Positions 1-9,316 of a stretch of DNA of 32,000 bases are shown here, in pieces. The first letter of the stretch is position 1. Each line of letters begins with the position of its first letter. The notes under the pieces were generated by a model. That model made no database searches. It saw only the letters and a list, made by a program, of their open reading frames with translations, and was not told the origin of the DNA. This DNA comes from Nitrosopumilus zosterae. GTDB taxonomy: Archaea; Thermoproteota; Nitrososphaeria; Nitrososphaerales; Nitrosopumilaceae. Location: assembly GCF_025998175.1 (NCBI RefSeq), contig NZ_AP026695.1:1462581-1494580 (forward strand). Reading direction: 5' to 3'. Position numbers and translations under genes: made by a program.

Positions 1-111
1 TTCAACTGCAAACAACATTCGAATAAAGTTACGTTTTACTGCAAGACCGTAAATTCCTATACCCAGTAAAGCAACAGATACAAGGGTAAAATCAACTAGC
101 TCGCTGGTCAT
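1..111 (-). CDS. nuoK: NADH:quinone oxidoreductase (NDH-1) subunit K, N-terminal part only (gene runs off the window)
   Basis: Minus-strand ATG at 111-109. Manual translation is MTSELVDFTLVSVALLGIGIYGLAVKRNFIRMLFAVE..., a hydrophobic helix followed by an 'RN.IR.L...E' pattern typical of NuoK/ND4L. It follows nuoJ with a 20-nt overlap. Confidence 0.75.
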   Translation of the reverse strand, partial: MTSELVDFTLVSVALLGIGIYGLAVKRNFIRMLFAVE

Positions 112-604
112 TCTCCACATCCTCACGTTTGGCTAAAACTAATGCACCAGTTACAGAACCGGCTAAAATTAATCCCATCAATATCAATGCAGGCCAATAA
201 TATGTCACAAAGTCTGTACCAATATCTCTAAAATCAACTGGAGGTTCATCAGTAGTCATTGTTTTTATTCCAGAATCTAGGAATACAGCTCCCAATGCAA
301 CCATGACTACTAACATTAATCCAATTCCTGCAAACTTTCTTCGTTTATCTTCAATTTTTTTGAAAATTAATTCTCTTTTTACTAACATAACGGTAAACAA
401 AATCAAGACAGCTATAGAACCAACATAAACTGCCAATTGAAATAACGCAACAAATGGAGAATCCAACAAGAAAAAGAATCCCGCAATACCGCCAAGGGTC
501 CCCATTAACGCAATTGAACCATAAATCAAAGATCGTAATTCAAGTGCGGCAATTGCCGAACCAATTGTTATTACGGTTAATGCTAAAAATACGGCATCAG
601 CCAT
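92..604 (-). CDS. nuoJ: NDH-1 subunit J
   Basis: ORF 92-652. I prefer the ATG at 604 (MADAVFLALTVITIGSAIAAL...) because the ATG at 652 would overlap nuoI by 56 nt. Polytopic hydrophobic protein located between nuoI and nuoK. Confidence 0.85.
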   Translation of the reverse strand: MADAVFLALTVITIGSAIAALELRSLIYGSIALMGTLGGIAGFFFLLDSPFVALFQLAVYVGSIAVLILFTVMLVKRELIFKKIEDKRRKFAGIGLMLVVMVALGAVFLDSGIKTMTTDEPPVDFRDIGTDFVTYYWPALILMGLILAGSVTGALVLAKREDVENDQRAS

Positions 605-1094
605 GTGTGGCACCTCTATCAGTAATCTGAATTTCACTGTCCTGAGCAACATATGGTTTTACAGCAAGTTGAGCAGGAGTATAGATCAAACCTTCTTTTG
701 AAAATGAAGAGAGTTCATAATCATTTGTCATGTAAAGTGCATAAAATGGACATGCATCTACACAAAGGCCACAGAAGACACATTTTCCATAATCAATTTG
801 AGGCATGATAGATTTTTTATTTTGTTTTTGTTCTTCTGGTACTTTTACCATTGCAATAGCTTCTGCAACACCTTCACATGCTATAGAACATAATTGACAA
901 CCAGTACAGTGATCATGAAATAACATATGACGGCCCTTAAGTCCAGCAATTCCAACACCCGTTGAAGGATCAAATTGATATCCATCTCCTACAAATTTTA
1001 ATTTCTCTTCAGGATAACGAAGTGTAAATCGCTTTACTGCAATATGTTTAATTCCAGAGTTTAATGCGCGAATAATACCTGTTGCAGTTCCCAT
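597..1094 (-). CDS. nuoI: NDH-1 subunit I (2x[4Fe-4S] ferredoxin-type)
   Basis: Two Cys clusters, 'CTGCQLCSIACE' and 'CVFCGLCVDACP'. Its ATG overlaps the nuoH stop by 1 nt. Position fits the operon order. Confidence 0.92.
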   Translation of the reverse strand: MGTATGIIRALNSGIKHIAVKRFTLRYPEEKLKFVGDGYQFDPSTGVGIAGLKGRHMLFHDHCTGCQLCSIACEGVAEAIAMVKVPEEQKQNKKSIMPQIDYGKCVFCGLCVDACPFYALYMTNDYELSSFSKEGLIYTPAQLAVKPYVAQDSEIQITDRGATHG

Positions 1095-2392
1095 TATTGT
1101 AATCCTCCCGGTCCTAACACTCCAGCGTAAAGCAATCCTAGAGCAATAAAGATGTTAACGAATGCAAGACCAATTAATTTGGTCCAACCAAGACTCAATA
1201 ACATGTCAATTCTAATTCTAGGAAATACTCCCCTGGGCAATAATATGAAGAAGATCACTCCTACAGTTTTTAGAATAAACCAAAGTGTTCCATTAAGCAT
1301 TTCTTGTGTAAATACAGGCAAACCAGGGATTTTGGCAGTAATTGGGCCCATTACAATTCCATCTGTAAGAATTTCTGCCGGGAATGGAGGAACAACCATT
1401 GGACCATTCCATCCACCAAGGAACAACACTACAAACAATGCCGCAAATGCATAAAGTTTCAGATAGGTTCCTAATTGAACAAGACCATACATCATTCCAG
1501 ATAATTCAGTTAACCAACCAGCAACAATTTCACTTTCTGCCTCTGGCAAGTCAAATGGAATTCTTTCTAATTCTGCAAGCATGGTAATAAAGAAGACAAC
1601 AGCACCAACAGGCAAAAATACAATCCATGGAAAGCTAGATTGACTTGCTGCAATTTCAGACAAGTTTAGAGTTCCAGTTAGGATAACAACTCCTAACAAA
1701 GATAGAATTAACGGAATTTCAAATGAAACCATCTGGAATAAAGCTCTGATACCACCAATGAAGGGGAACTTACTATTTGCAGACCATGCAGAAAGAATTG
1801 TGATGATTGGGAAAAATCCAATTACTGCAAACACTCCAAGTAAACCAAGATCTACATCTGCAACCACCCAACCTGGAGCAACAGGAATTAATGCAACAAA
1901 CGCTGCAGCTGCACCAACGAACATTACGGGAGCTGCCCAAAAAATGGGCTTGTCAGCTTTTGCCGGAATTATAATTTCTTTTGAGATTAATTTTAGTCCA
2001 TCCCCCATTAATTGTAGTATACCTTCAACTTTTCCACAGTAAAAAGGACCAACTCGTAATTGTAATTTTGCAAGCATTTTTCTTTCAACAAATATGGTAC
2101 CTGCAGCAAGCAATGCTGCAAAACCAAATCCTGGAAATGCCATTACTCTGAAAATATCAGTTGCCATGAATGCTTTGATGATTGGGAGTGTTCTAGATGG
2201 ATCTGCTATCCATGTGAGAGCAAGAAATGGTGTAAGTAATTCACCATTAATTACGGGCATTTCGATTGCAAATAAAACCATGAAAACTGCTGGAATGCCA
2301 ACCAAAACTAAAAGGAATAATATCCAGAATGCATTGTCAAGCAATGATTTGATAAATTCACTTAGTTTGAATTTTGGCGCAATTACTGACAT
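1094..2392 (-). CDS. nuoH: NDH-1 subunit H (membrane, quinone-site subunit), expanded form
   Basis: Contains 'ERKMLAKLQLRVGPFYCG..GILQLMGDGLKLISKE' and 'PRIRIDMLLSLGWTKL', the hallmark NuoH/ND1 motifs. At 432 aa it is longer than the usual 320-350 aa, with an N-terminal extension and an insertion after 'GGWNGP'. Confidence 0.92.
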   Translation of the reverse strand: MSVIAPKFKLSEFIKSLLDNAFWILFLLVLVGIPAVFMVLFAIEMPVINGELLTPFLALTWIADPSRTLPIIKAFMATDIFRVMAFPGFGFAALLAAGTIFVERKMLAKLQLRVGPFYCGKVEGILQLMGDGLKLISKEIIIPAKADKPIFWAAPVMFVGAAAAFVALIPVAPGWVVADVDLGLLGVFAVIGFFPIITILSAWSANSKFPFIGGIRALFQMVSFEIPLILSLLGVVILTGTLNLSEIAASQSSFPWIVFLPVGAVVFFITMLAELERIPFDLPEAESEIVAGWLTELSGMMYGLVQLGTYLKLYAFAALFVVLFLGGWNGPMVVPPFPAEILTDGIVMGPITAKIPGLPVFTQEMLNGTLWFILKTVGVIFFILLPRGVFPRIRIDMLLSLGWTKLIGLAFVNIFIALGLLYAGVLGPGGLQ

Positions 2393-3535
2393 TTATCGGT
2401 CTGCCTCCACTGGCCAATAGTTAAGACTCCAATAAACAGATGGCATGTTGCCAAGCTTTTCACCTTTGAGTAGATATGGTAATGCAATCAAGTTTCTAAA
2501 AGAACCAACACTCATCTTCAGTCTGTATGGTTCTGTTTTCCCATCAGATACAATATAACATCCTAAAGAACCTCTTCCAGATTCAACCCGTTTATAGACT
2601 GAATTAAGTCCTTTACCTTTTGGATTTGGTTTTAGTTTAGTTCTAACAGATCCTGACTTTGGCATTTTTTGCAATGCTTGTCTAATGATATTACAACTTT
2701 CCATCATGTCAAGCCATGGAACTCTAGATCGTGCATAAGAATCACCTTCTTTCATCACATTTGTATGAACATCTAATTCATCGTAGACATCATATGGTTC
2801 TTTCAATCGAAGATCATAATCTACACCACTTGCACGAAGTACAGAACCAGTTGTGCCAAGTCGAATAGCATCTTGACGGGAAAGAATACCAGTATCTCGA
2901 GTTCTAGAAATCAGAATGGGGTTATCATAGAACACTGCAGCATATTCTTTGATACGTTTTTCAAAATAATTTACTTGGCGCAAACAAACATCTTCAAAGT
3001 TTGGTGGCAAATCATTTCTGACTCCGCCCGGAACAAAGTGTGCATGTGTAACTCTGGCACCAGTCATTTTTTCCATTAAATCAATTAAGAGTTCACGATC
3101 ACCAGCTGGCCACATAAACATTGTAGAATGGCCTAAGAAAATACCATAAATTGCCAGCCAATACATTGTGTAAATACATCGATTCAGCTCAGATGCAATT
3201 ACTCTAACATATTTTGCACGTTCAGGAACTTCAATTCCAACAATTTCTTCAACTCCTAAAACATAGGGATAAAGAATATTACATGAATCATGAATTACTG
3301 GTCTTTCTAAGTGAGGAATATTTGTAATATAGTTTCTATATTCTGCCATTTTTTCCTCACCACGATGAACATACCCTGGATCAGGATCACATGCAACAAT
3401 ATAATCACCATCAATTTGAACAATAATTCTCATGTGACCAGAACCAGGATGTTGTGGTCCAACATTGAGGGTCATAATTCTCTCGTCAACTTTTTGGAGT
3501 GCTAATCCAGGAGGCAGTTCAGTAGTCATGTTCAT
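2393..3535 (-). CDS. nuoD: NDH-1 subunit D (49-kDa/NiFe-hydrogenase large-subunit-like)
   Basis: 380 aa. 'LNVGPQHPGSGHMRI' and 'HRGEEKMAE' match NuoD N-terminal motifs. The ATGA start/stop overlaps nuoC. Confidence 0.93.
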   Translation of the reverse strand: MNMTTELPPGLALQKVDERIMTLNVGPQHPGSGHMRIIVQIDGDYIVACDPDPGYVHRGEEKMAEYRNYITNIPHLERPVIHDSCNILYPYVLGVEEIVGIEVPERAKYVRVIASELNRCIYTMYWLAIYGIFLGHSTMFMWPAGDRELLIDLMEKMTGARVTHAHFVPGGVRNDLPPNFEDVCLRQVNYFEKRIKEYAAVFYDNPILISRTRDTGILSRQDAIRLGTTGSVLRASGVDYDLRLKEPYDVYDELDVHTNVMKEGDSYARSRVPWLDMMESCNIIRQALQKMPKSGSVRTKLKPNPKGKGLNSVYKRVESGRGSLGCYIVSDGKTEPYRLKMSVGSFRNLIALPYLLKGEKLGNMPSVYWSLNYWPVEADR

Positions 3536-4119
3536 CTTCCCTTTATTGCAAAATCCTTTCTAAGTGGTGGTAAATCTGCCCAATCTTCTGGTAAAAGCAA
3601 TCGTCTATTATCAGGATGTCCTTCAAAGTAAACCCCAAACATTTCAAAAATTTCTCTTTCATGAAATTCTACACTGTAAAAAACATCTCTTAGAGTTGGA
3701 AGTTTAGTTGCATCATTTCCAGGAATTGGATTTTCTTCTCTTTGTGCCCTAGTTGATAAAACAAGAATCTGGCTTGCTAATGAAGAATCAGTATAAGATC
3801 CAATATGGTAAACAACTTCTATTTCTTTGTCTTGAGGATAATCTACACCAGAAACAGATTCCACATGATCATAGTTTAATCCATCACGAATGAATTCAGC
3901 AACTTCATGAACATTTTCTCGGCTTACATTAATTCCAACTCTATTCACTTTAACAAATGCAACTTGAACTTTATCACCGAATTTTTCTATAATTTTTTCT
4001 GAAATTCCTTTTTCAAATGCAGGTAAATCTGCAGGTTTTTCTTCAGGTTTTTTTGTGGGTGGTGTAGATTTCTCTTCGGGTTTTACATCTACAGATGGTT
4101 TTTCAAGATCAGAACTCAT
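3532..4119 (-). CDS. nuoC: NDH-1 subunit C (30-kDa) with Pro/Glu/Lys-rich N-terminal extension
   Basis: 'EREIFEMFGVYFEGHPD.RRLLLPEDW' is the NuoC signature region. The first ~35 aa are low-complexity PEK-rich. Confidence 0.9.
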   Translation of the reverse strand: MSSDLEKPSVDVKPEEKSTPPTKKPEEKPADLPAFEKGISEKIIEKFGDKVQVAFVKVNRVGINVSRENVHEVAEFIRDGLNYDHVESVSGVDYPQDKEIEVVYHIGSYTDSSLASQILVLSTRAQREENPIPGNDATKLPTLRDVFYSVEFHEREIFEMFGVYFEGHPDNRRLLLPEDWADLPPLRKDFAIKGR

Positions 4120-4736
4120 TATACAAACTTCCTAGCCTTCATTCTCTTGATTTTCTCTTGTAACAACATACATCCTTGGATGAGAGTTTCAGGTCTAGGT
4201 GGGCAACCTGGAACATAGACATCAACTGGAATGACTCCATCAATTCCTGGAAGTACGTTGTATGAATCAAAATACAATCCTCCAGTAATAGCACAAGCTC
4301 CCATAGCAATAACATATTTTGGTTCTGGCATTTGATCATAAACTAATCTAAGACGTGGTGCCATTTTTCTCGTAATAGTTCCTTGAACAACAACTAGATC
4401 ACATTGTCTAAGTGAACCAAATGCTTCTATGATACCAAATCTTTCAACATCATACCTAGGACTCGATGCGGCGCCAAATTCAACACTACAACAAGCTGTT
4501 TCAATATGGACAGGCCAGAGTGACCAAATTCGACCCCAATTGATGGCATAGCCCAATGGTTTATCAATTGCTTTTTCCAAAATGTCTCCTAACTTTCCGA
4601 CAAAGACATTCGCATTTTCTGGTGTAACTAAATCTTTAAGCAATCTTATCCCATACCCCCGTAAATACAATTTATATAAAAAACTACCATATTCTCCTTC
4701 TCCCTGATTGATATAACGCAAATGCCATTGCTCCAA
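4119..4736 (-). CDS. nuoB: NDH-1 subunit B (20-kDa, [4Fe-4S] N2)
   Basis: 'SLWPVHIETACCSVEF', 'AMGACA' and 'VPGCPP' supply the NuoB cluster-ligand cysteines. The ORF-track start at 4736 is TTG and overlaps nuoA by 53 nt. No in-frame ATG lies upstream of the CC motif, so the true start is non-ATG and uncertain. Confidence 0.88.
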   Translation of the reverse strand: MEQWHLRYINQGEGEYGSFLYKLYLRGYGIRLLKDLVTPENANVFVGKLGDILEKAIDKPLGYAINWGRIWSLWPVHIETACCSVEFGAASSPRYDVERFGIIEAFGSLRQCDLVVVQGTITRKMAPRLRLVYDQMPEPKYVIAMGACAITGGLYFDSYNVLPGIDGVIPVDVYVPGCPPRPETLIQGCMLLQEKIKRMKARKFV

Positions 4737-5115
4737 ACATGATTGCTAAAAATCCCATCATTGGCAATGTTGCACTTTTAGGAAGTTCTAAAAGAGCACT
4801 ACCCCACGCATACAAGAAAATTGCCATCACATCAAAAACCACAAACATCAGAATGTATGGGTAATACTGCATCATGAAATGAGTTCTTCCTTCACCTGTT
4901 GGAACTTGGCCACATTCCATTGGCAAAAACTTGACAGGATTACTTCGTTTTCTTGGAGAAATCATTCTAGAAATAATTAACGCAGGAGCCATTGCTGCTA
5001 CAGCAAAGCCAAACATCAATACAACGGTACTATAATTGCCCGCTAATTCCCCGACCAATTCAACTTCTGACCCTGATTTTTGTATAAAAAGGTATTCTTC
5101 CTTTTTCCCGATCAA
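4684..5115 (-). CDS. nuoA: NDH-1 subunit A
   Basis: 'PRKRSNPVKFLPMECGQ' and the following hydrophobic helices match NuoA/ND3. The ORF-track start at 5115 is TTG. An internal TTG (LVGELAGNY...) preceded by 'TTTTTATA' is an alternative start. Confidence 0.85.
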   Translation of the reverse strand: MIGKKEEYLFIQKSGSEVELVGELAGNYSTVVLMFGFAVAAMAPALIISRMISPRKRSNPVKFLPMECGQVPTGEGRTHFMMQYYPYILMFVVFDVMAIFLYAWGSALLELPKSATLPMMGFLAIMFGAMAFALYQSGRRRIW

Positions 5116-5144
5116 TTTTTTAAAAAAATATTTTTCTAAAGTAC

Positions 5145-5150
5145 TTTATA
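5145..5150 (+). promoter_or_regulatory. TATA-like box for the leaderless peroxiredoxin gene
   Basis: 'TTTATA' lies 21 nt upstream of the ATG at 5172. The same spacing recurs at several other genes in this window. Confidence 0.45.
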
Positions 5151-5171
5151 GGACAATATCAATTAGCGATC

Positions 5172-5636
5172 ATGTCATTGAATATCGGAGATATTGCTCC
5201 TAACTTTGAGCTTCCAGATACAGAATTAAAGTTGCGGACTTTGGATGATTTTAAAGGCGGAAAAATTGTTTTGTCATTCATAGTTGCTGCAAGTTCCCCA
5301 GTTTGTGAAACCGAACTGTGTAATTTTAGAGATTCCTGGAAAGAAATTTCAGATTTAGGTGCAAAAGTAGTAGCAATCAGTAATGATGGTCCATTTGCAA
5401 ACAAAGCATTTGCAGAAAAAAATCACTTTAATTTTCCATTGTTGGGAGATTACAGTAGTAAGACAATTCGTGATTACGGAATTTTAATGCCAGACTTACT
5501 GCACATTAAAGGCTACAATGCAGCAAAACGTTCGGTCTTTATTGTTAATGAAGATGGAAAAATTGGTTACAAATGGGTTTCAGAAGACCCATTAAAAGAA
5601 CCAAACTATGAAGAAATTAAAAATTTCCTGAAATAG
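5172..5636 (+). CDS. Peroxiredoxin, AhpC/TSA family (Bcp/PrxQ-like)
   Basis: 'GDIAPNFELPD', then 'SPVCETELC' (peroxidatic Cys in an S/T-P-x-C context plus a second Cys 4 residues later, as in Bcp), then 'ISNDGPFANKAFAEK'. Confidence 0.88.
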   Translation: MSLNIGDIAPNFELPDTELKLRTLDDFKGGKIVLSFIVAASSPVCETELCNFRDSWKEISDLGAKVVAISNDGPFANKAFAEKNHFNFPLLGDYSSKTIRDYGILMPDLLHIKGYNAAKRSVFIVNEDGKIGYKWVSEDPLKEPNYEEIKNFLK

Positions 5637-5651
5637 GAAAAAATAATTTTT

Positions 5652-6164
5652 TTATTCAATATCAGCAATAGGGTCGCCTTTGGCAACAGTTGCTGTTTCT
5701 TTAATTTTGAGAGACTTTACAACTCCATCTTTGTGAGCCTTTACCGAAACTTGCATCTTCATTGATTCTAGTGTACAAATAACATCACCCTTCTTTACTG
5801 AATCACCCTCAGATACTGCAATTGAAACAACCTTACCAGGAATTTGACTCTTCAATGATAACTGTGCATTGCCTGCACCCGCTCCACCTGAATGCTTGTA
5901 AACTACTTCATCAAAGTGAGAATGACGATTAATAATAATTGGAACGTTATCTACAACAATATTCATTTCATTGGTTGATTGTTCAAGATATTTTGCGTTA
6001 TGATATTTCTGATCTAAAATAAATTCAATTCCGCTTGAATTCATACTAATAATTTTTAATTGATGTTCGTTATCATTTACTTTAATTACATAATCGTTAT
6101 TGCCTAGATTTTGTAGAATTTTTCCTTCAAATGATTTTTCAATATCAGTTATTTTGTAATCCAT
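5652..6164 (-). CDS. accB: Biotin carboxyl carrier protein of acetyl-/propionyl-CoA carboxylase
   Basis: C-terminal biotinyl/lipoyl-type domain with 'LESMKMQ' (biotinyl-Lys in an M-K-M context). It is the last gene of the carboxylase operon. Confidence 0.88.
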   Translation of the reverse strand: MDYKITDIEKSFEGKILQNLGNNDYVIKVNDNEHQLKIISMNSSGIEFILDQKYHNAKYLEQSTNEMNIVVDNVPIIINRHSHFDEVVYKHSGGAGAGNAQLSLKSQIPGKVVSIAVSEGDSVKKGDVICTLESMKMQVSVKAHKDGVVKSLKIKETATVAKGDPIADIE

Positions 6165-6170
6165 TTGTCA

Positions 6171-7658
6171 TCAATCCAATTTGTATTTCCAATTAGAGCT
6201 TGCAGATACATCATTTTGTATACGACTCTTAAGGTATTCAGAATGAATTACTGCAGCAGCAATTGCAGCTTCACTTTTATCAATTTTTTCATTCTTTAGA
6301 TCTTCAGTCAATCTATCAATCATATCAAATCGTTTAAGGAAATCAGTAGAAAGTTGACCATTTTTGTATTCTTCAGAAGATAGAATTGTTTTGTATAATG
6401 GAATTGATGTCTCAACACCTTGAATGTAAAAATCATTTAATGCTGCAAGCATTCTTGTTCTTGATTCCTCAAATGTTTGGCCCCATGTTACAAGTTTTGC
6501 CATAAGTGAATCATAAAATGGAGATACGGTACATCCAGGATACAAGTAAGTATCACATCTAACACCCGGGCCTGCAGGAATTGTAACATTTGGAACGGGT
6601 CCTGTTGAAGGTGCAAAGTCTAAGAAAGTATCTTCGGCATTAATTCTGCATTCTATTGCATATCCATTCATTTTCAAATCGCTTTGTTTGAATGGAATTT
6701 CCTCGCCATTTGCAATGTCTAATTGTAATTTTACCAAATCTAATCCAGAAACATATTCGGTAATTGGATGTTCTACTTGCAATCTAGCATTAATTTCAAT
6801 GAAATAAAAATCACCATTATCCGCCCTTAGAAATTCTGCTGTACCCAGATTTGTGTAATCTACGGCTTTGGCTGCATTGCAAACAATTTCACCTATACGT
6901 TCACGAATCTCTTCATCTACTACAGGAGAGGGGGTTTGCTCAATTAATTTCTGATTGCGTCTTTGAATTGAACACTCTCTCTCAAAGATATGAACAGTGT
7001 TACCATGCTTGTCTCTTGCCATTTGATATTCAATGTGTCTTGTTTTCTCTAGGAATTTTTCAACCAGTATTGCAGATTTTCCTACAGCCGCAATTGATTC
7101 TCCAGTAACTGATACAAATCCTTCTCGTAGTTCTTTGTCATTGTTTGCAAGTCTAATTCCACGCCCTCCACCACCATAAACTGATTTAAGTAAAACTGGA
7201 TACCCAATATCATTTGCAATAGATACAGCTTCTTCAACATCTTTTACCAAGTCTGGACTTCCTGGAACAGTTGGAACTTTAGCTTTGAGCATTGCAGCTT
7301 TACATCTCATTTTATCTCCACAGAGATTCATTGAATCAGCTGAAGGACCAATAAAATTAATTTTATTTTTCTCACATAATCTTGCAAAATCATCATTTTC
7401 AGAAAGAAAACCATAACCGGGATGAACAGCATCAGCACCTGCAGACAACATCACTTCAAGAATTTTTTCTTGATTAAGATATGATTTTGCAGGAGCAGCT
7501 TCTCCAATATGATATGCTTCTGAGGCTTGTTTTACATGCATAGAATTGTAATCTTCATCAGAATATACTGCAACAGTTTTGATTCCAAGTGCCTTACAAG
7601 TTCTAATAACACGTAAAGCTATTTCTCCTCTGTTTGCAATCAGTACTTTCTCAATCAT
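6171..7658 (-). CDS. accC: Biotin carboxylase subunit of acetyl-/propionyl-CoA carboxylase
   Basis: 'KVLIANRGEIALRVIRT', 'HPGYGFLSEN', 'GGGGRGIR' and 'NARLQVEHPITE' are canonical ATP-grasp biotin carboxylase motifs. Confidence 0.95.
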   Translation of the reverse strand: MIEKVLIANRGEIALRVIRTCKALGIKTVAVYSDEDYNSMHVKQASEAYHIGEAAPAKSYLNQEKILEVMLSAGADAVHPGYGFLSENDDFARLCEKNKINFIGPSADSMNLCGDKMRCKAAMLKAKVPTVPGSPDLVKDVEEAVSIANDIGYPVLLKSVYGGGGRGIRLANNDKELREGFVSVTGESIAAVGKSAILVEKFLEKTRHIEYQMARDKHGNTVHIFERECSIQRRNQKLIEQTPSPVVDEEIRERIGEIVCNAAKAVDYTNLGTAEFLRADNGDFYFIEINARLQVEHPITEYVSGLDLVKLQLDIANGEEIPFKQSDLKMNGYAIECRINAEDTFLDFAPSTGPVPNVTIPAGPGVRCDTYLYPGCTVSPFYDSLMAKLVTWGQTFEESRTRMLAALNDFYIQGVETSIPLYKTILSSEEYKNGQLSTDFLKRFDMIDRLTEDLKNEKIDKSEAAIAAAVIHSEYLKSRIQNDVSASSNWKYKLD

Positions 7659-7664
7659 ATTCCA

Positions 7665-9212
7665 TCACAAATTGATGTTTCCGTGTTTTCTTGGAAGTTG
7701 TTTTTCACGCTTGTTTGCAAGCATACGTAATGCTTTGATTAACATAGGTCTTGTTTCAGCTGGATCAATTACATTATCAACAGTTCCATGAGATGCAGCA
7801 ACGTATGGATTCTCAAATTTTTCTGCAAATTCATCGATTAATTGTTTTTTTAGTTCTTCTGCATCATCTGCAGAATCAAGTTCCTTTCTATACATGATTT
7901 TAACTGCTGCCTCTCCTCCCAAAACGGCACATCTGGCAGTGGGCCATGCATAATTAATATCAGTTCTAAGATTTTTACTTCCCATTGCAATGTATGCACC
8001 ACCATATGCTTTTCCAATTACTAAAGTAATTCTTGGAACAGTTGCTTCACAATATGCATATAGTAACTTACTTCCATGTCTAATGATTCCATTATGTTCT
8101 TGATTAGATCCTGGCATGTATCCTGGAGTATCAACCAGAGTAATTATTGGAATGTTAAATGCATCACAAAATCGAATGAACCTAGCTGCTTTGTTTGATG
8201 AATCAATATCAAGGGCACCTGCAAGATGAATTGGTTGGTTAGCAACAATTCCTACAACTTGACCATCCATTCTTCCATAACCTACAACAACATTTGGTGC
8301 AAATAGTTCATGTACTTCAAAGAATTCATGATTATCCACAATTGAATTAATAATTTCTTTCATGTCATAAGGTTGTAAAGGATTTTCAGGAATGATGTTA
8401 ATCAAATTGTGATCCAATCTATTTGGATCATCATCAGTCTTGATTTTTGGAGGTGCTTCAGCATTGTTTTGAGGTAGATAAGAGATTAATTTTTTGATGT
8501 AATCCATACATTCGTACTCATTTTGTGCAACAAAATGCGCAACGCCACTTTTTGAACCATGTGTCATGGCGCCACCAAGATCATCAAATGAAATTTCTTC
8601 ACCAAGAACAGTCTTAACCACATCAGGTCCGGTAACAAACATTGTTCCAACTTTTTCCACCATTATTACAAAGTCAGTCATTGCAGGAGAATATACAGAA
8701 CCACCTGCTGAAGGACCAATACTTGCAGTAATTTGAGGAATAACTCCCGATGCTAATTGATTATGATAAAATATATCTGCAAATCCATCAAGACTCATAA
8801 TTCCTTCTTGAATTCTTGCACCACCAGAATCCATAATACCAATAATTGGACAACCAGTTTTTACTGCATGATCCATCAATTTAGTAATTTTTTTGGCACC
8901 CATCTGACTTAGGGTTCCACCAAGAACAGTAAAATCATAAGCAAAGACAAAGATTTGCCTACCGTTTACATTTCCATAACCTCCAACAACACCATCTGTA
9001 AAGAATTTTTTCTTCTGCATTTCATATTCATGGTAATGATGTGTAGTTAATGGATCAATTTCAGTAAAAGTTCCTTCATCAAGTAAAAGATCGATTCTTT
9101 CACGGGCAGTTAATTTACCTTTATCATGTTGGGCTTTGATTCGATCCTGTCCCCCACCTTGTAATGCTGTGTTATTTCTTTTAGTATATCCTTCAATCTT
9201 TTCAGAATGCAT
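7665..9212 (-). CDS. pccB: Carboxyltransferase subunit (propionyl-CoA carboxylase beta-like)
   Basis: 515 aa. 'HDKGKLTARERIDLLLD', 'GGARIQEG' and 'GGAYIAMG' are typical of the PccB/AccD5 family. It is the first gene of the operon with accC and accB. Confidence 0.94.
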   Translation of the reverse strand: MHSEKIEGYTKRNNTALQGGGQDRIKAQHDKGKLTARERIDLLLDEGTFTEIDPLTTHHYHEYEMQKKKFFTDGVVGGYGNVNGRQIFVFAYDFTVLGGTLSQMGAKKITKLMDHAVKTGCPIIGIMDSGGARIQEGIMSLDGFADIFYHNQLASGVIPQITASIGPSAGGSVYSPAMTDFVIMVEKVGTMFVTGPDVVKTVLGEEISFDDLGGAMTHGSKSGVAHFVAQNEYECMDYIKKLISYLPQNNAEAPPKIKTDDDPNRLDHNLINIIPENPLQPYDMKEIINSIVDNHEFFEVHELFAPNVVVGYGRMDGQVVGIVANQPIHLAGALDIDSSNKAARFIRFCDAFNIPIITLVDTPGYMPGSNQEHNGIIRHGSKLLYAYCEATVPRITLVIGKAYGGAYIAMGSKNLRTDINYAWPTARCAVLGGEAAVKIMYRKELDSADDAEELKKQLIDEFAEKFENPYVAASHGTVDNVIDPAETRPMLIKALRMLANKREKQLPRKHGNINL

Positions 9213-9316
9213 AACAGTGATCTAACTCAAGTATGGTTACTATATTAATTTAGTTTTAGAATTAAAATATCATGTGATTTTGACAAAAATTCACAGATCA
9301 TTGTTTTTTTAGAATT

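Noticed and set aside
1152-2420. Four plus-strand ORFs (67-108 aa) opposite nuoH
   Set aside because: They lie entirely antisense to a strongly supported membrane-protein gene. Their composition (N/T/P/I-rich, no motifs) is what the reverse complement of hydrophobic codons produces.
4139-4339. Nested same-strand out-of-frame ORFs inside nuoB (and similar ones inside rfcL 9933-10118, sdhB 27490-27672, and sdhA 29445-29654 and 29883-30083)
   Set aside because: All are internal alternative frames of strongly supported genes and have no independent signals.
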